64,000 nt of DNA, taken from the NCBI RefSeq assembly GCF_021869535.1, contig NW_026262701.1:18786001-18850000 (forward strand). Reading direction: 5' to 3'. The position numbers and the translations under genes were made by a program. Shown piece by piece: positions 12,382 through 26,331 of the stretch. Position 1 is the stretch's first letter. Each line of letters begins with the position of its first letter. Source of the stretch: Mytilus californianus. Its lineage: Eukaryota. The notes beneath the pieces are model-generated. The model was given only the letters and a program-made list of their open reading frames with translations. It had not been told where the DNA came from and did no database searches.

Positions 12382-13777
12382 TTACTAGGACATTTAATCA
12401 TAATTGAGTATATATATATATAAATATATAAACAAATAAAAGATATATGATTGGCTATAAGACAACTATCCACTAGACATCTAATGAATAAGAACAAATT
12501 AACGTAGTGTACGGTCTTCAACAACTAATAAAACCAATATCGTACAGTAGACTATGAAAGGCACAGGCATGGCAATTCCAAAGAGAAAACCAACTCCTAA
12601 TTTATGTGAAAACAATAAATAAATAAAACAATAAGAACAAAGAGCAACCAACGACATCCACTGGATGAAAGGCCACAATGTGGCTGGATTAAACATGTTT
12701 TTTGTGCGTTTGACCTCCTTCTTAACAGGGACAGTGCTGTAACAACACAACAGAAGAACAAACTCTAAAAATCATATGTATAGTGTTCGACTCATCATAT
12801 CAGTACTGACCAATACGCTTGTTATTAATTTCTATAACGTTAGACATGTGCAGTATTTTACACACACCGAGTGAGTACTCATACGAGCACCACGACCGGT
12901 GCAACATGTGGAGCAGGATCTACATACCCTTCTAGAGCACTTGATATCACCCCCGGTTTTTGGAGGGGTTCGTGTTGCTCTATTCATATCTTTAGTTTTC
13001 TATGTGGTGTTTTGTAAACAGTTGTTGATTGTCTTTTCGTCGGTTTTTGATTTTTGCCATGTCGTTATCAGTTTGTCTATCCCTTGGTATATTTCTTCTC
13101 TTTTACGGCTTATTACATCGTTTCCAGAAATTACTATGTTCGATATTAATACATTCGGCTACTAAAACAGTTACTCGAATCATTACAGAATTATATATCT
13201 TATTAACCATTACATGAATAGTATTTATGTGTTTTACATTTAACCCCCATTAAAACACTTTTAAGAACGCAGTTGGAGATTTATTAATCAGGTTAATAAA
13301 ACATGGAACATTTTCTATCAGCGTATTTAAAAGCTGCTGTTCATTAACTTGACGATAACCCAGCAGAAATGTTGTTTATTCTCACTCCTAGTCCTGTCAT
13401 AATAATGCATAACTGATACAAATACCTCAAAACTCACTGTCAAGCTGTTTCATTTCTCACAACTATAGCAATTCGTTTTTAGTGGACTATTATACTGTGT
13501 CAGTTTAAATACGTTATTACTTTTGATGGCTAGAGATTATTATTTTTTCTAGGGCAAAACAGGCATTGAATTATAAAAATAAGATTGCTTCGAAGTAAAA
13601 TACATGCACTTTACACACCGAGAAAGATATAAAATATATGTTGTTGATAATAACGTCGTCCATTTTGGAACTCTTTACTGTAGGAATCTTACATTTTATA
13701 ATATTGAATAATTGCTTTTAGTTACACCAAAGGAGGAAGAAAAGAGAACACATGTCTTCATGTCAATTTGCCGTTAA

Positions 13778-14310
13778 AAAAGAGGCAGAAGTCACCAAGG
13801 GAGCACTCAAAACTAATTATTTGAGACAAGAAGACAACACTTTGGCGAAAAACGAAAGACGAGGAAAAACCGAACATGTTCACTAAACACTTCATAAAAA
13901 ACTAAAGACTGAACACGAATCCCGCCGAAAACTGGGGCTGAGCTCAGGTACTCTGTAAGGGTAAGCAGATCCTGCTTCACTAGTTGCACTCTTCGTGTTG
14001 CGCATAGTGAGTACAAATTTGTTGATGATTCTGATTTGGTGATGTCACAATCAAAGAAAATAGAATGGAATGGTGGTACCTACAATTATAACATATCCGT
14101 GGTCATCAGTGACACAGATATCCCATAACTGTCAACCAACTCGTGATGGCGTTCGTTAAACTTTCGAAGGATGACTTCAGCTTTACTACTACGAACCCCT
14201 TAGTCCAATAACTTCTTTGTCAGTAGAAACTCTTTATAAAGGAAATCATCAAAGGAAACACAAGCTCTGGAATATCGTATCAACTGAGAGATATCTACTC
14301 CTATGTTTCC
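13778..14310 (-). mobile_element. 5'-truncated PLE copy: RT C-terminus plus 3' region (repeat family C)
   Basis: ISQLIRYSRACVSFDDFLYKEFLLTKKLLD*GFVVVKLKSSFESFNERHHELVDSYGISVSLMTTDM, followed by the same 3' sequence as 32440-32740. Confidence 0.85.
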
Positions 14311-14869
14311 CTTATTTTTGTTTTTATGTTGCCTATTACTTGTTTTCTGCTCAACGCACTGCTGACATTTTATTAATACGTGAAATTAATGTGTAAGTTT
14401 ATCATTGACATGAGATTATTTTGACAGTCCTTTGTTATCTTCTTTCTTTTTCATAGACGAAGTCCCACATGTCCTCTATAGATTGGTTACTCTCTTATCA
14501 GCATTATATTGAAGATTAGTTTGCCGATTTGTTTGAGTTTATCCTCGCCTTAAAAAGGGACCTGATATTCCGTGTAGTGTAGATAATAATGTTTAAGAAA
14601 CAATAAATAACTTTTAGTGTCTGAAAACTCAGATAACATAAGAAGATCAATGGGAAATCAAAATGTTGACGTCTATACAGAGTTTTTTTTAAATGTTTCA
14701 TTTTTTCTTTACTTTTTCTTCACACACATATTGATGGAAATGACCACTGCAGTTGCAACCCTATGACACTATATGTATAACATATAATATACATATTGCG
14801 GCTAGAATTTTCAAATACAAAAACGTGATGGTTGATCTTCATATTGTCGACCTCAAATATAAACATTCT

Positions 14870-16200
14870 AATTACAACAGATTGCCTGTCCTCGATTCAT
14901 ATACAACAAAACTTCTCTGTGAATTGTGTTAATCAAAGAGTCGAACAACTGTGCACCTAAGATATAAATTGGAAACATTACTATTAAAATATTAATGAAT
15001 TCAGGCAAAAATTATGCCAGACAATGGGGGTACACGTGACATAAAAGATGTAGATACTCTTTCCGAATGGGTTAAAGCTGTGATATTGTTGATACAAATC
15101 AGAATTTAAAAAATTAAACGTAATGGGTCTATGAACACTCATACTACATTTATCATCTAAGATGCAAATGCTGAAATGCAATAACACTTATAAATATGTT
15201 TGATTACGTCATTACATTTAATTGTTAGAGATTACTATTTTATCTAGTACACAGGAAAATCCTCTAGCAACATCGTGTTTCTTTGTAAATCACATACATG
15301 TAACATAGCATAACACAGCTTGGTATATATACATTAATAAGGTTTTGACAATTCACTAGCAAACTAACATATACTCCCACTACACATACCAAAAAGGAAA
15401 TTCGGAACAATGATAGGTTTGTGCTATGTTCCTTTATAATTTTAATCATAGATGAATAATTGGGTCTTCGTTCGCTGTTTTTGATACAGATGATGAATTG
15501 CATACATGTCGTTAAAAAACGTTATATATATATAACTGGGTCTACTAAAGGATCCAAAAACCTTTTTTCCAAGTTATTAATATCTATATCTATCGACTAT
15601 TTTATAAGAGCTTAAGAGTTCTTTTGAAACAACTTATTAGGAGTGGTGTTAAAAAGATGTGGATATTAAAAATGACAAAGATCTGTTATAAAATATATGT
15701 TCTAACTCTCTTTCCTCATGCAATAGCATAAAAAAAAAAACATTTGACTTTTGTACCGTTTTTACTAGTGTTTCACATTCAAAACTTAAAGATGAACTAA
15801 TAGAATTATTCAACTTTTGCTAGTTGAAAAATATTACCAACGTAAATAAGAAATATCTTGTTTTAGGAAAGAACTAATCATACTTTAAAAAAACTCACTA
15901 AAACAGAAAATTCTCTCAAACTGACATCATCAAGATTGTTTAGTTATTTATTGAACTTTTTTTTAAGTTCGGAGGACATGTTTCCAACAGAAAATCGGCA
16001 TTCATATGGGAACAAACTATGCTCCTTTTCATAGCGCCTTGTTATTAATACAGGCAAACTTCAAACGAGAGCTTCTCAGAGAGAATTAAATGAGCAAACA
16101 TTATCATTTATCTTTACATTTTACTACAAAGATGATGTCCTTCTCACTAAACAATTAAAATTTTGGTGACTATGTTGAACACATTTGTCCAATCAAACTT
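14870..16200 (+). mobile_element. Heavily decayed PLE RT (N-terminal region through motif C), interrupted at ~15190-15520
   Basis: Fragments NYARQWGTRDIKDVDTLSEWVKAV, TFDFCT..TSVSHSKLKDEL (motif A region), FGGHV..QKIGIHMGTNYAP (motif B), FYYKDDVL (motif C). Many stops and frameshifts. Confidence 0.8.
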
Positions 16201-16362
16201 GTTTTTTGTATTTGTTTTATTTTTCATGATGAAACATGTGAAATTACATACCACATTGATAGACATAAATTATAAAAATCAAGTAACACTTGTACGATTG
16301 ATCAAGTCATAGTGATATAATAAGATATATTACAATTGATTTAGTTAATTAATTGAGTTAAT

Positions 16363-17900
16363 TAAATGCTGCTTCTAACAATTGCCACTTCTGATCTATT
16401 TTGACTTTTTGTGCAGGGGTTGAGAAACATACAGAGTATTTTTCTATATTAATCCAATACTTTAGATATTCCCATATTTTGTGGGAAATATGTTCTCACA
16501 TCTACATTTGTATATGTAGTAATTCAATAGCAACAACATATTATTTACTGTTAACAAAATCGTCAGACACACCTACAATTATTTCTTTTGCGCTAAAAGG
16601 CAAGACAATGTAATAATTTCTAATCCAGTCTATCATGGATAGCCAAAAATTTTGTACAACATTACATTCCCAAAAAATCTCTGATTCCTGAACAAGTACA
16701 TAGTTCAGTTTCTATTAATTTACATTTCAATAAAAATGAATTACATGGTAGAACTCTATGAGTAATCTTAAATTGGAAATTTTATAAAAACGAATTTCTG
16801 GTTAAAATAAATGGCTAGAGTATATTGTATTCCAATCTTTAATCTGCGTATTTAAATCAATTTCCCATTTATTACGAGAAGATAAAGTTAACACTTTATC
16901 ATCTTCCAAAAGTAATTTATAGAAAAAAATACAGGATTTTGGTTCTTTTTTAACTTTATCTTCCAATTTATTTTCAAAATTGTCCAATTTAGAACTACCT
17001 TCTGTCATACTTATCTATCTTTATGGAATTGCACTTATAATACTATTGAACTCAACAAGCTTAGTATTGATATTATACTTTTTTTCAGAAATCTCCATAT
17101 GAAAATAATGTATTATTATCTGACACTAGATCATTAATAAAGATTACACTATTTTCAATATATTTGAACTTCAAAATCATCTTGCCATCTATTTTGATGT
17201 TTGGGTTTAGCCATATGGACTGGAGCAGAATATCATTATTCTTTTCAACTTTAAACTTATTGCGCAACTTGGAAAAATTACCAGGATATCATGTCAAAAG
17301 GGATTGACTTTCTTAGCTAGATTAAGTAATCCATCCTGACTAAAATTTAAGATTTTGTTTTCCCCAATTTTTTGTATTTCACCAAGGAGCAAAACTTTCT
17401 AAGGTGAGTAATTTTTTGGATCTAATAATTCATACAGCCACGACATTTTACACTTTAGCAAATACAGTAAATATTAGGCATCTTTAGACCTCCATCACAG
17501 TGTTCGGACATAACCACTGATCTCTTTAGTATATCTGGTTTCCTTTCCATAAACAAATGAAAAATATGTTCTGAATCTCCTTCAGAACCCCTTCTGGGGG
17601 TTAGGAAAGACAGTCAGAATTAGAACCAATATTGGACGTGCTAATGTTTTAATAACTATATCCCTTCCAATATATATTATTTCTCTGCAAGCCCAAGTAT
17701 TTAACAATGACTTAATACTGTTTTATCTTAGCTGTAAAATTACATAGAGTTTTATCCACTTTAGCAAGCTACAAACCATATACCTAATAATTTGAACCTC
17801 CCAGAAAGGTTCTAATAAAGATTTTTGTCTGGCAAACGTTTTTCCATACTACTAGGGACTTTTGATCACCATCCAGGACTAATCAAACTTGAAAGTGTTC
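16363..17900 (-). mobile_element. L1/Tx1-type LINE ORF2 3' relic including the zf-RVT region
   Basis: SIWLNPNIKIDGKMILKFKYIENSVIFINDLV (ORF 17085-17267). FQFKITHRVLPCNSFLLKCKLIETELCT...FWECNVVQNFWLSMIDWI at ~16620-16790. Confidence 0.8.
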
Positions 17901-18064
17901 CATCAAATTCTTTACAATTTTGCAGTAATATCAAAACTTCTATTTTCTACGCTTTACACTACTATTCTGTTTGAAAAAATTGAAAGATGTACTACGTTGC
18001 ATTAAACAGCTTTTTGTACAAACATGGGAATCTTAGATAAAAATTAAATGTTATATGTCATGAA

Positions 18065-18960
18065 AAAACTTCCTATATGAAGAACCATACTGCTTCCAAC
18101 AACAAATACACTGAAAATAATATCATCAAAATGTCATAATTTTATCGATAACATATTTATTGAGTTTTGCGAATTGATATTTCAATAAACAGTCGGTATT
18201 CCAATGGGTATTTATTGTGTACCCCTACTGGTCGACTTGATATTGAAGTCATATGAAGCAAAAATCATACAAAACCTTCCCAAACTCAAAAAGAAGAAAC
18301 ACATATTTTTCAAAGTTCTTTAATTTCACACTCAGATATATTGATTATGTCCTGTCACTGCATAACCCACATTTCAACGAGCTTTAATGTCTCATATCTC
18401 CCAGTAAACTTCAGATTAAGGATTCATAAACTTTTCCTCGATGTTGACACAGATGAACGACTTTAAACTAGATAAATGTGAAGATTTCAACTTTCCATTC
18501 CCCAGCAGTTACATACCATCTGTTCCTTCGTATGGCGTTAACATACCTCAATTAATACGTTTCACTCGTGCATGCCCACACTATACGTACATTATTGACA
18601 GTGATGTGATCCTTACACAAAAACTTCCGCAACAGTTATGAGAAAGAACGACTGAAATCGACACGACATAAGTTTTATGGTCACCATCACAAATTGGTTG
18701 TCCAATAAGATGTGTCTATGTCTATAGTCATCGATATATTTTCTCGGTCTTATATATGCATATACCAGAACAATCGTTTGATCCATAACTTTACCGATTG
18801 TGTCCTATTCCCGATTTTATCATTTGACTGATTGTGAATTCGCATGGCGGTTGATGCACATGAAACAAGTACGCTTATCTTGTCGACGCATCCGGTATCG
18901 CTACTTTTGAATATCATGCAATTACACCATTTTTTGTTTGTTACCTTGATGAGTATCTTC
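18065..18960 (+). mobile_element. Decayed PLE RT (motif B to C-terminus) plus 3' region
   Basis: IDNIFIEFCELIFQ*TVGIPMGIYCVPLLVDL, RYIDYVLSLHNPHF, DFNFPFPSSYIPSVPSYGVNIPQLIRFTRAC. Confidence 0.8.
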
Positions 18961-21622
18961 TTAATCGGTTATGGTATTTGAACATGGGTAAACTACTGTT
19001 GCATAAAAAGAGAAGCGAAAAATACCAAAGAAACATTCAAACTCATAAGTCGAAAATAAACATCCATCTAGATATTAAATACGCGCAGGAATGGGAATGG
19101 ACGGTCATAAATGTTATTACAGTCATATTCGTGAAAAAAGACCAACATAAATTAATAAAATGAAGTACATCCGAATAACATTCAAAAATAAGCATAGGTA
19201 CTTTTTACATGATCACTAGCATGTATCTGAATCTTTAATAACAGAAAAGTACAGTTCTATTCAAGTAAGTATAATGGCATTACCTAGGAAATTTGAGATG
19301 TCTGACTTTTTAATATATTTCATGAATATAAACCCATAAAGACATAACAATTATGCATGCTTGTTCATCTCGAAGAAATGCGGAAAGAAAGTTTTCAATC
19401 GAATTTTGAAAATTTGTCTCCTGAAGTAGTTAGTATGCATAGTGTTCACAGATTTGATGAAATAAATGCATGTTTTTGGTCTGTATGTCAAATCCAATTT
19501 TTTTTATAAAGTATCAATAAATGAATTAAGGTGTATTTTATTGAGCAAAATCCTCCCACTCACTAACATTAGCTTTTTATTTGTCAGACCTCAATAAGTG
19601 CACGAAGAGCTGTCTTCGATGTATTAATATGCATAATCACATAATATAACTTCATTTGAGAAATTGAATTTAAATGACCAAAATTTATTAACATCCTTCC
19701 TAAACCTTTCAGGGGAATGAGTAAAGCACTATTCTAAATTAATGTAAAAACTATTATACAGTCTTTAGTTAAGCATAGCACGCAGCAGTTTCATTCAGGT
19801 ATCATTTAAATCAGGTTATATGATTAAAACCGTTAATGGACATGTCATGACGATTGTTTTTTATTGATGTGAAATTGAGCCGCATATTTTCTTTTAATAT
19901 TTTTTTATTTAATTGATATAATTAATGACAATATTATGAATACTAGTCTTCCTGTTAGTAATACATATAACCAGTAATGTTTTTTTGTATGGAAAACATA
20001 TTTGTCATTTTTTATTTGTAGTCTTACTAGTTTATTCAATTGAAGTGTGCAATATGCAAACCAAAGGGCGGGAAAATAATACATATAATGTATCTGAAAA
20101 AGAAGATATTGATATAAATGAACGGGTAACACATAAAGAGTCATCAACCCAACAATACAGAAACCATAATACATCTTCACCTGAACACAAGGTCTTCAGC
20201 TATAGACATAAGTAAAACAAAGGTCTGCGTTAACCCGAATTGCATCTTGTGTAATAATATACTACTTTATCAATATATTGATACTACAACTGGTAAACTA
20301 TATAATTATCCTTTCCCTATCTACTTGCCAAACTACATCTTATACTGTGTAACAACCCTAGATAACGCCAAAGAGGAAATGCTGATTACATGATTACCAG
20401 TTGTAGCATCAATACATTAATAAAGTAATAAATTATTTTAATTTGCAATTCGTATAACCTACATTTGTACATGAAGTTATTTAAGAGAAGTGTCTCCTCA
20501 CACTTTTTATGCCAGTTACGTCACAATTGTTAATAATTGCTGTAGTATTGCTCAGGTAAATAGGGTCGATGGAAGCATATATCATTATTGATATAAGCTG
20601 ATAAGGCTATGAAATATATCACTGAAAAAGTACATTTGCATGACAATAAATATTGTAACACCTGAAGGTTTTGATGTCAACACAATGGTTAACCAAAGAA
20701 CAATCCAATTTGTTTCAGGGCTTGTATAAATGTTCAATCCTGTTAAGACAAACTAAATTGATTGTTTTGAAGCATCATTGTCCTGGTATTGATACAAACT
20801 TGTGCAAATATTTTATTTTATAGTAAAACCAAATCTATGCGAAATAGTTAATAGGAGAGTACTCACATCTGGTAAGTTCATGAAGATGTTCCGAAACCTG
20901 TTTATCTTAATTAATTATCATTACAAAGAACACATGATGCCGATGTCAAAGCGATTTTATATGAATTTGAAACTAATGGTTTAAAAAAGAAGGTCGATCA
21001 ACTAATAGACGTTCCAGTGACACACAATAAATTTAGCACCAATATCAATCGTGCAAATAACAATTTTGATTATTTTGAATGACCTATATTTAAAATACGA
21101 AATTACTTGATTGATAGTTACATATTAATTTATCATTATTTTACGTATCCGTTATATCTAAGGAATGAACTTCGGAATCATATACATATCTCAAATACTA
21201 TGCATACGTTTTCATTTTCTTGCAATGTATGATATACAATTTAATTACAGGAACCAATGCGATATCGGATACCAAGTACACAGGACTCATTACACAAAAC
21301 TAGTTTTGCCTTGTATTTTTGCCATGTTACAGCTTTCAAAATATCAATAATAGTGAATTTAATGTTTTTTGAGTTAATTGTTGATAAATAGGTTTTTACT
21401 ACTGATAACATGATAAAGTAATTAGGGGCAAGGGGTTGAGAACATAATAAACTAGCTCTAAATGTAGTAGCCCATGAGCGTTGCCAACTGTCTCTTTTCA
21501 CATTTTATTACAAACTCGGGGGAGTCTAATTTATCGTCATTTGCTGCTGTGTAATTAATCTCAGTATATTTATTGTATCTTGTTAACCTTTAAACTTGCA
21601 TTAATTTTGATTCTGCTCGAGA

Positions 21623-24600
21623 ATTCCAAAGGACAAGGTACGATAAGCATCGGAGAACGGCCCCCAATTTTCGTTCATAAATTATATTTTTAAAGTTTAA
21701 AACCTATATTCTTGTAAACATCAATAGATTTGTCAACTTCCGCTGAAATTATTTATGCTTTGTTGCTGTAAACACCTCAAGATTCGCGAAAAGGGAGGAA
21801 AAAATGGCAGTTTTCAAACCTTTTTTCTGTATTCCTACGACCCACGATCATATTTATTCCTGACATTCCTTGAATATAAATGTTGATGCATTTCAAATAT
21901 CTTAGTGGGCAATAGGTACGCTCATAGTTAAAAATAAAAAAAAGTTAAAAAAATCGTCGTAGGTTTCATTGAATCATCGAAATATTTAAACGAACTGCGG
22001 ACCGGAGATGATTTACGGTATTCACTGGATCCGACGACAGACTGTTCTTCTTGCTATAACGGCAAGTTTCTTTATGACGTAAACTTTACATCTACGAAAA
22101 AGAAACACAGGATATTCCTGTATTTATTATTGTATGAATTTAAAGTGAGATTTTAGCATACCATCGAGTTCTGACACAAAATCAGAAGGAATTATGACAA
22201 ACTTCAGAAAAAATATTTGAATGTTAATGGTAGATTGGCATGTCGAAGCATAAGTATGTCTTTTGTAACGTAAAAACTGCAGAGATTTGTTAAGCATGTA
22301 GTCTCCGTGGAATGGTGTATTCTAAACAAAAACAAATGTTTAATATAAATTCTATACCCAACAGATCAATATTGGTGTCAACATTAAATTTTAGGACAAC
22401 TTTACCCTTCAGAAACACGTATTTTGCTTTATAAATAACGAAATTGTCGCCCTGGAATGTATAAATATCTGTCGACAATTTTGTGAAAAGTGCTTTCTTT
22501 CACGTCCGCATATCTATCAAGTATGGCATGCCAAGTTAACATTTAGGCAATCATTACGGATGGCGAAAATAAATTACAGAACTGTGAATAATAACATACA
22601 TTGTAATTTATACGACATAAGAAGCCACCATGTGACAATTCTAATTATTTAATTGTGTAAGTGTAACCGTAATAAAGACCAAGCTAAACTATCCAACATT
22701 ATTATGTATCTTGAGTCTTGGTCTTGGTGTTGTTTGTATTTATTGGAATTATGATTTGTAATTGTCCCCCGCCTTCCCGCCGCTATTTTTAAACAACAAA
22801 GCGTGCCACTTCGCATTTCTTGTTTGAAAATTATTCTCTACATTACTTTCCATCATAAATATGCATGAAGTATTTGCCACTGGACGATCAGAAAACAACA
22901 TTCAACCAATCATATATCTTCTTTAATTACAATACTATAATGACTTTAAACATATATAAATATAGGATTCGTTTAATTTTCTAATCAGATATTCACACGT
23001 CAAAGAAAACGAAAAACGAATATTGAATATCAAAGGAAAAAACGCATCATAGTCAAAAATATCATGTTTGTAATTTTGTACGCCAAAAGTGTTTCGTGTA
23101 CAAAAGTCGCATCAGTGACGGTCGAATAAAAAAAGTCAAAAGACAATAAAAGGCTTAAAATTTCGAAACGTTTTGCCAAAAACCGGTTAAGGTTATCTAT
23201 TCATGAATAGAAAATCCGTAGTTTTTCAAACAATTCAAACCCTAACCCTAACCATAAATGCTAGCTCATAAGGTTACAGTCAGCAGGCAGTTATTTTGAC
23301 TCCGACCCAACTAATCTTTGCTCTTACCCCTTAATGCCACGTGATAAACGGAAAATCAGCAAATACCAATGTTAAAGTCTTCGGCCTAGGTCAGAACCCA
23401 TCATATGCGGCTCGCGAGGTGAAAAGTAAAATCACAAAAATACTGAACTCCGAGGAAAATTCAATCGGAAGGTCCCTAATCACATGGCAAAATCAAATGA
23501 CAAAACACATCAAACGAATGGACAACAACTGTCATATTCCTGACTTGGTACAGGCATTTTCAAATGTAGAAAATGGTGGATTGAACCTGGTTTTATAGCG
23601 CTAAACCTCTCACTTGTACGACAGTCTCATCAAATTCCGTTATATTTACAACGATGCGTGAACAAAACAGACATAATAAATAAAATAGTCAAAATATGGG
23701 TACAGCAGTCATCACTGTGTTACAATATCAAAACAAACAATCATTTACAAAAAAGCACAAAAGCATCTATCAAATTAAAAACCACATTCATTGCTTCGCG
23801 TGTCTGACGTCAGAAAATGTAAACGTCACATAAGAAGACGCTTCCACGAGGCAACCGAAACGGTGTTTGTCTCATGAGTTTTACGCTTGGTGGGAAAATG
23901 ACTAACCAAGCAAACCTGTGCGCCACAATGTGCATGTGTTTGAAAAGATGAATAGTTAAAATTCGCAAATTAACTACAACAGACAAATGTGATTATAAAT
24001 GTTTTATATTTCAAACTTGGAAAAAATGTCTATACATCACTTTTATTCTTAGCTGTATGTTTATGCGCATTTAATTAGTGAACTTATTAAGAATCAAATA
24101 CTACTTTTTGTAATTGGAGTGTTAAAGCGATGACCAAAGCATATTTTGAATGAAGCGCGGAGGTTACAAAAGAGGCATTCAAAGTGTTATTACATTTAAA
24201 TGCTACAACTATGAAATTATGAGTTTTATCGAATTTTTCGTTAGTTTTTCCCATGCATTCTTGTGACATTGTCATGGGAAGTACGTGCTGCCATCAATGT
24301 TGCATTTGTTGGAATGCCTCTCAATTGTTGTCATCCAATCAAAAGTATGGCTTCTTATGAGACATACATGTGATGTATTTATTGATATTAAAAAGTTGAA
24401 ATTACCAAATGGCATTATATTACTACTTTTAAAATTGTGCGATTTGATAAAACATTATATGTGCAGTCAGTTTATACAAGATTTTGTATAGTTTTACTTC
24501 ATTTATTCTATTTATTTAATTGTACGATGACTTAAATGAAAGGTGCACATAGTAAGAATCCTTCTTATTATATAAATCCGCGCTTAAACATACGCATCCA

Positions 24601-26331
24601 CCCAAAGAATTGACTTTTGCAGTCATATACTCTTATTAGTAATTTGCATGTCCAAGTATAATTGTTCTTTTTTATAAACAAATTATAAAAACACAAAAAC
24701 ATAACGAAAAAATTTAAAACGCAAAATAAACACATACTATGAACTTACATTATATTTCACGAATCATTCGACAACGACAGGAAAGAGAAACCATTTTTCG
24801 ACATCGCTAGTATCCACATCATAATTACGGATAAAAAAAATCGTTCCATATTTCATTTCATCGTGAAAGAAACAGCAGTTTATTCAGTACTCAGTTCTCA
24901 CTTATCATGTTTCTCTGGCTTCGAAAAAGAAAAGAATGGATACATTATGTTTAACTTAAGTATTCTTTTTCTTCAATTTCTGAATTTTATTCTCATACAC
25001 ACTTGTCCGAGCCGACACTTATTTGATTTGTTGACATTGACTTATGATATTTGGCATAAAGTGTATAACCAAGAGATGTCATATCAGTCTAATATCATTA
25101 TGACCTTTACCGTTGATCTCAAGGTCAAAATAATTGATCATTTGTTGTTGACCTTTGCATTTCAAAGTAAAATAATTCAGTTTTATTTGTCCAACCTTAA
25201 AACCATATATATTCCCACAGGCTATGTCAATTTCTTTTTACTGAACCGAAAGATTTATTCCTTGAAATCAAATCCCCGTTAAATAATGAATCGTTAATTA
25301 TCTCCAAAATGATTTATATCCCCACCCATTGCCTTGATAAATCATTTCTAATTCACCATAGGTTTTGTACCCAGGGGACACATTCACGTCCCCACTCCTA
25401 CATCATATTAATTCTTATTTGCCTGGACATTTTATTCCAGACGAGGTCTTTTTGTGGTACAAGCCACGTCTATTTCATTTCATTAGCTATGAAATATCTT
25501 TAAAAACTGTTCATACCCACCCCTAATTAGTAAATCATTTATATTCTTGTTTTCATGAAAAGACCTTCACATTGAAAGATAGGTTTTGTAGTTGTTTTTA
25601 ATTTACAAAAAAAAGGGTTGCTGCTGCTAAGCAACATGTGGGTTTATATGCTCGATATGGAATTCGTCAAAAAAAGATTAATGATGATCTAGATGTTTAT
25701 AGTATCGTGTAGTGTAACACCATATGAGAAAGTATATTCTACCAACATTACTAAATTCATACTTCAGATAACAGAGAACCCATTATTGAACGGTTGATAT
25801 GCACTTATTATGTAGCTTAGTTGGTGATAAGCATTAAGTGAACTATACAATTGAACCAACTTAAAAGTTGTTCCTAAACAGACAATCTGCATTGAATTCA
25901 ATTTAATTTGTTCAATAAAATGACTAATTGATTAAATATGGAACGATTTTTGCGAAGCAACATTTGTGTTGCTATGCTCAATACGGAATTTGTTAAGAAT
26001 AAAGATGTATATGATAGCATATTGGAATGAAACACCATATGGGAAAGAAAAATCAAAGAAAAAACAACTGTTAAATTCATACTTCAGAGGTGGAAACACC
26101 CATTTTTTAACCGTTGCTAGGCAACATTTCTGTTGCGAAGTTGTTTTTAAGCATATAGTAAACGAAATCAAAGGGACTTTTCATTTGTGACTTCAAGTTC
26201 TTCTTAGACAAACAATATCATTTGGAATTGTTAAAACTTTTACTGATCAAGCAATTAATGTATGATATTAATATAAACTTATTTGGAGAGAGGTCCAAAA
26301 ATGCCCCTTATCGTACCTTATCCTTTGGAAT
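21623..26331. mobile_element. Candidate 4.7-kb TIR DNA element of unassigned superfamily, with nested insertions
   Basis: 25-bp inverted repeats (24/25 match): ATTCCAAAGGACAAGGTACGATAAG at 21623-21647 and CTTATCGTACCTTATCCTTTGGAAT at 26307-26331. No clear TSD. Confidence 0.55.
23060..23240 (-). mobile_element. Retrozyme-like family 1 copy with a degenerate hammerhead (~23080-23121)
   Basis: The reverse complement reads CCGTCA-CTGATGC-GACTTTTGTACAC-GAA-ACACTTTTGGCGTA and aligns with 11510-11815. Confidence 0.7.

Noticed and set aside
24863-25282. Second-longest ORF (139 aa)
   Set aside because: GTG start, hydrophobic low-information composition and overlap with GACCTT-type repeat DNA; no recognisable domain.
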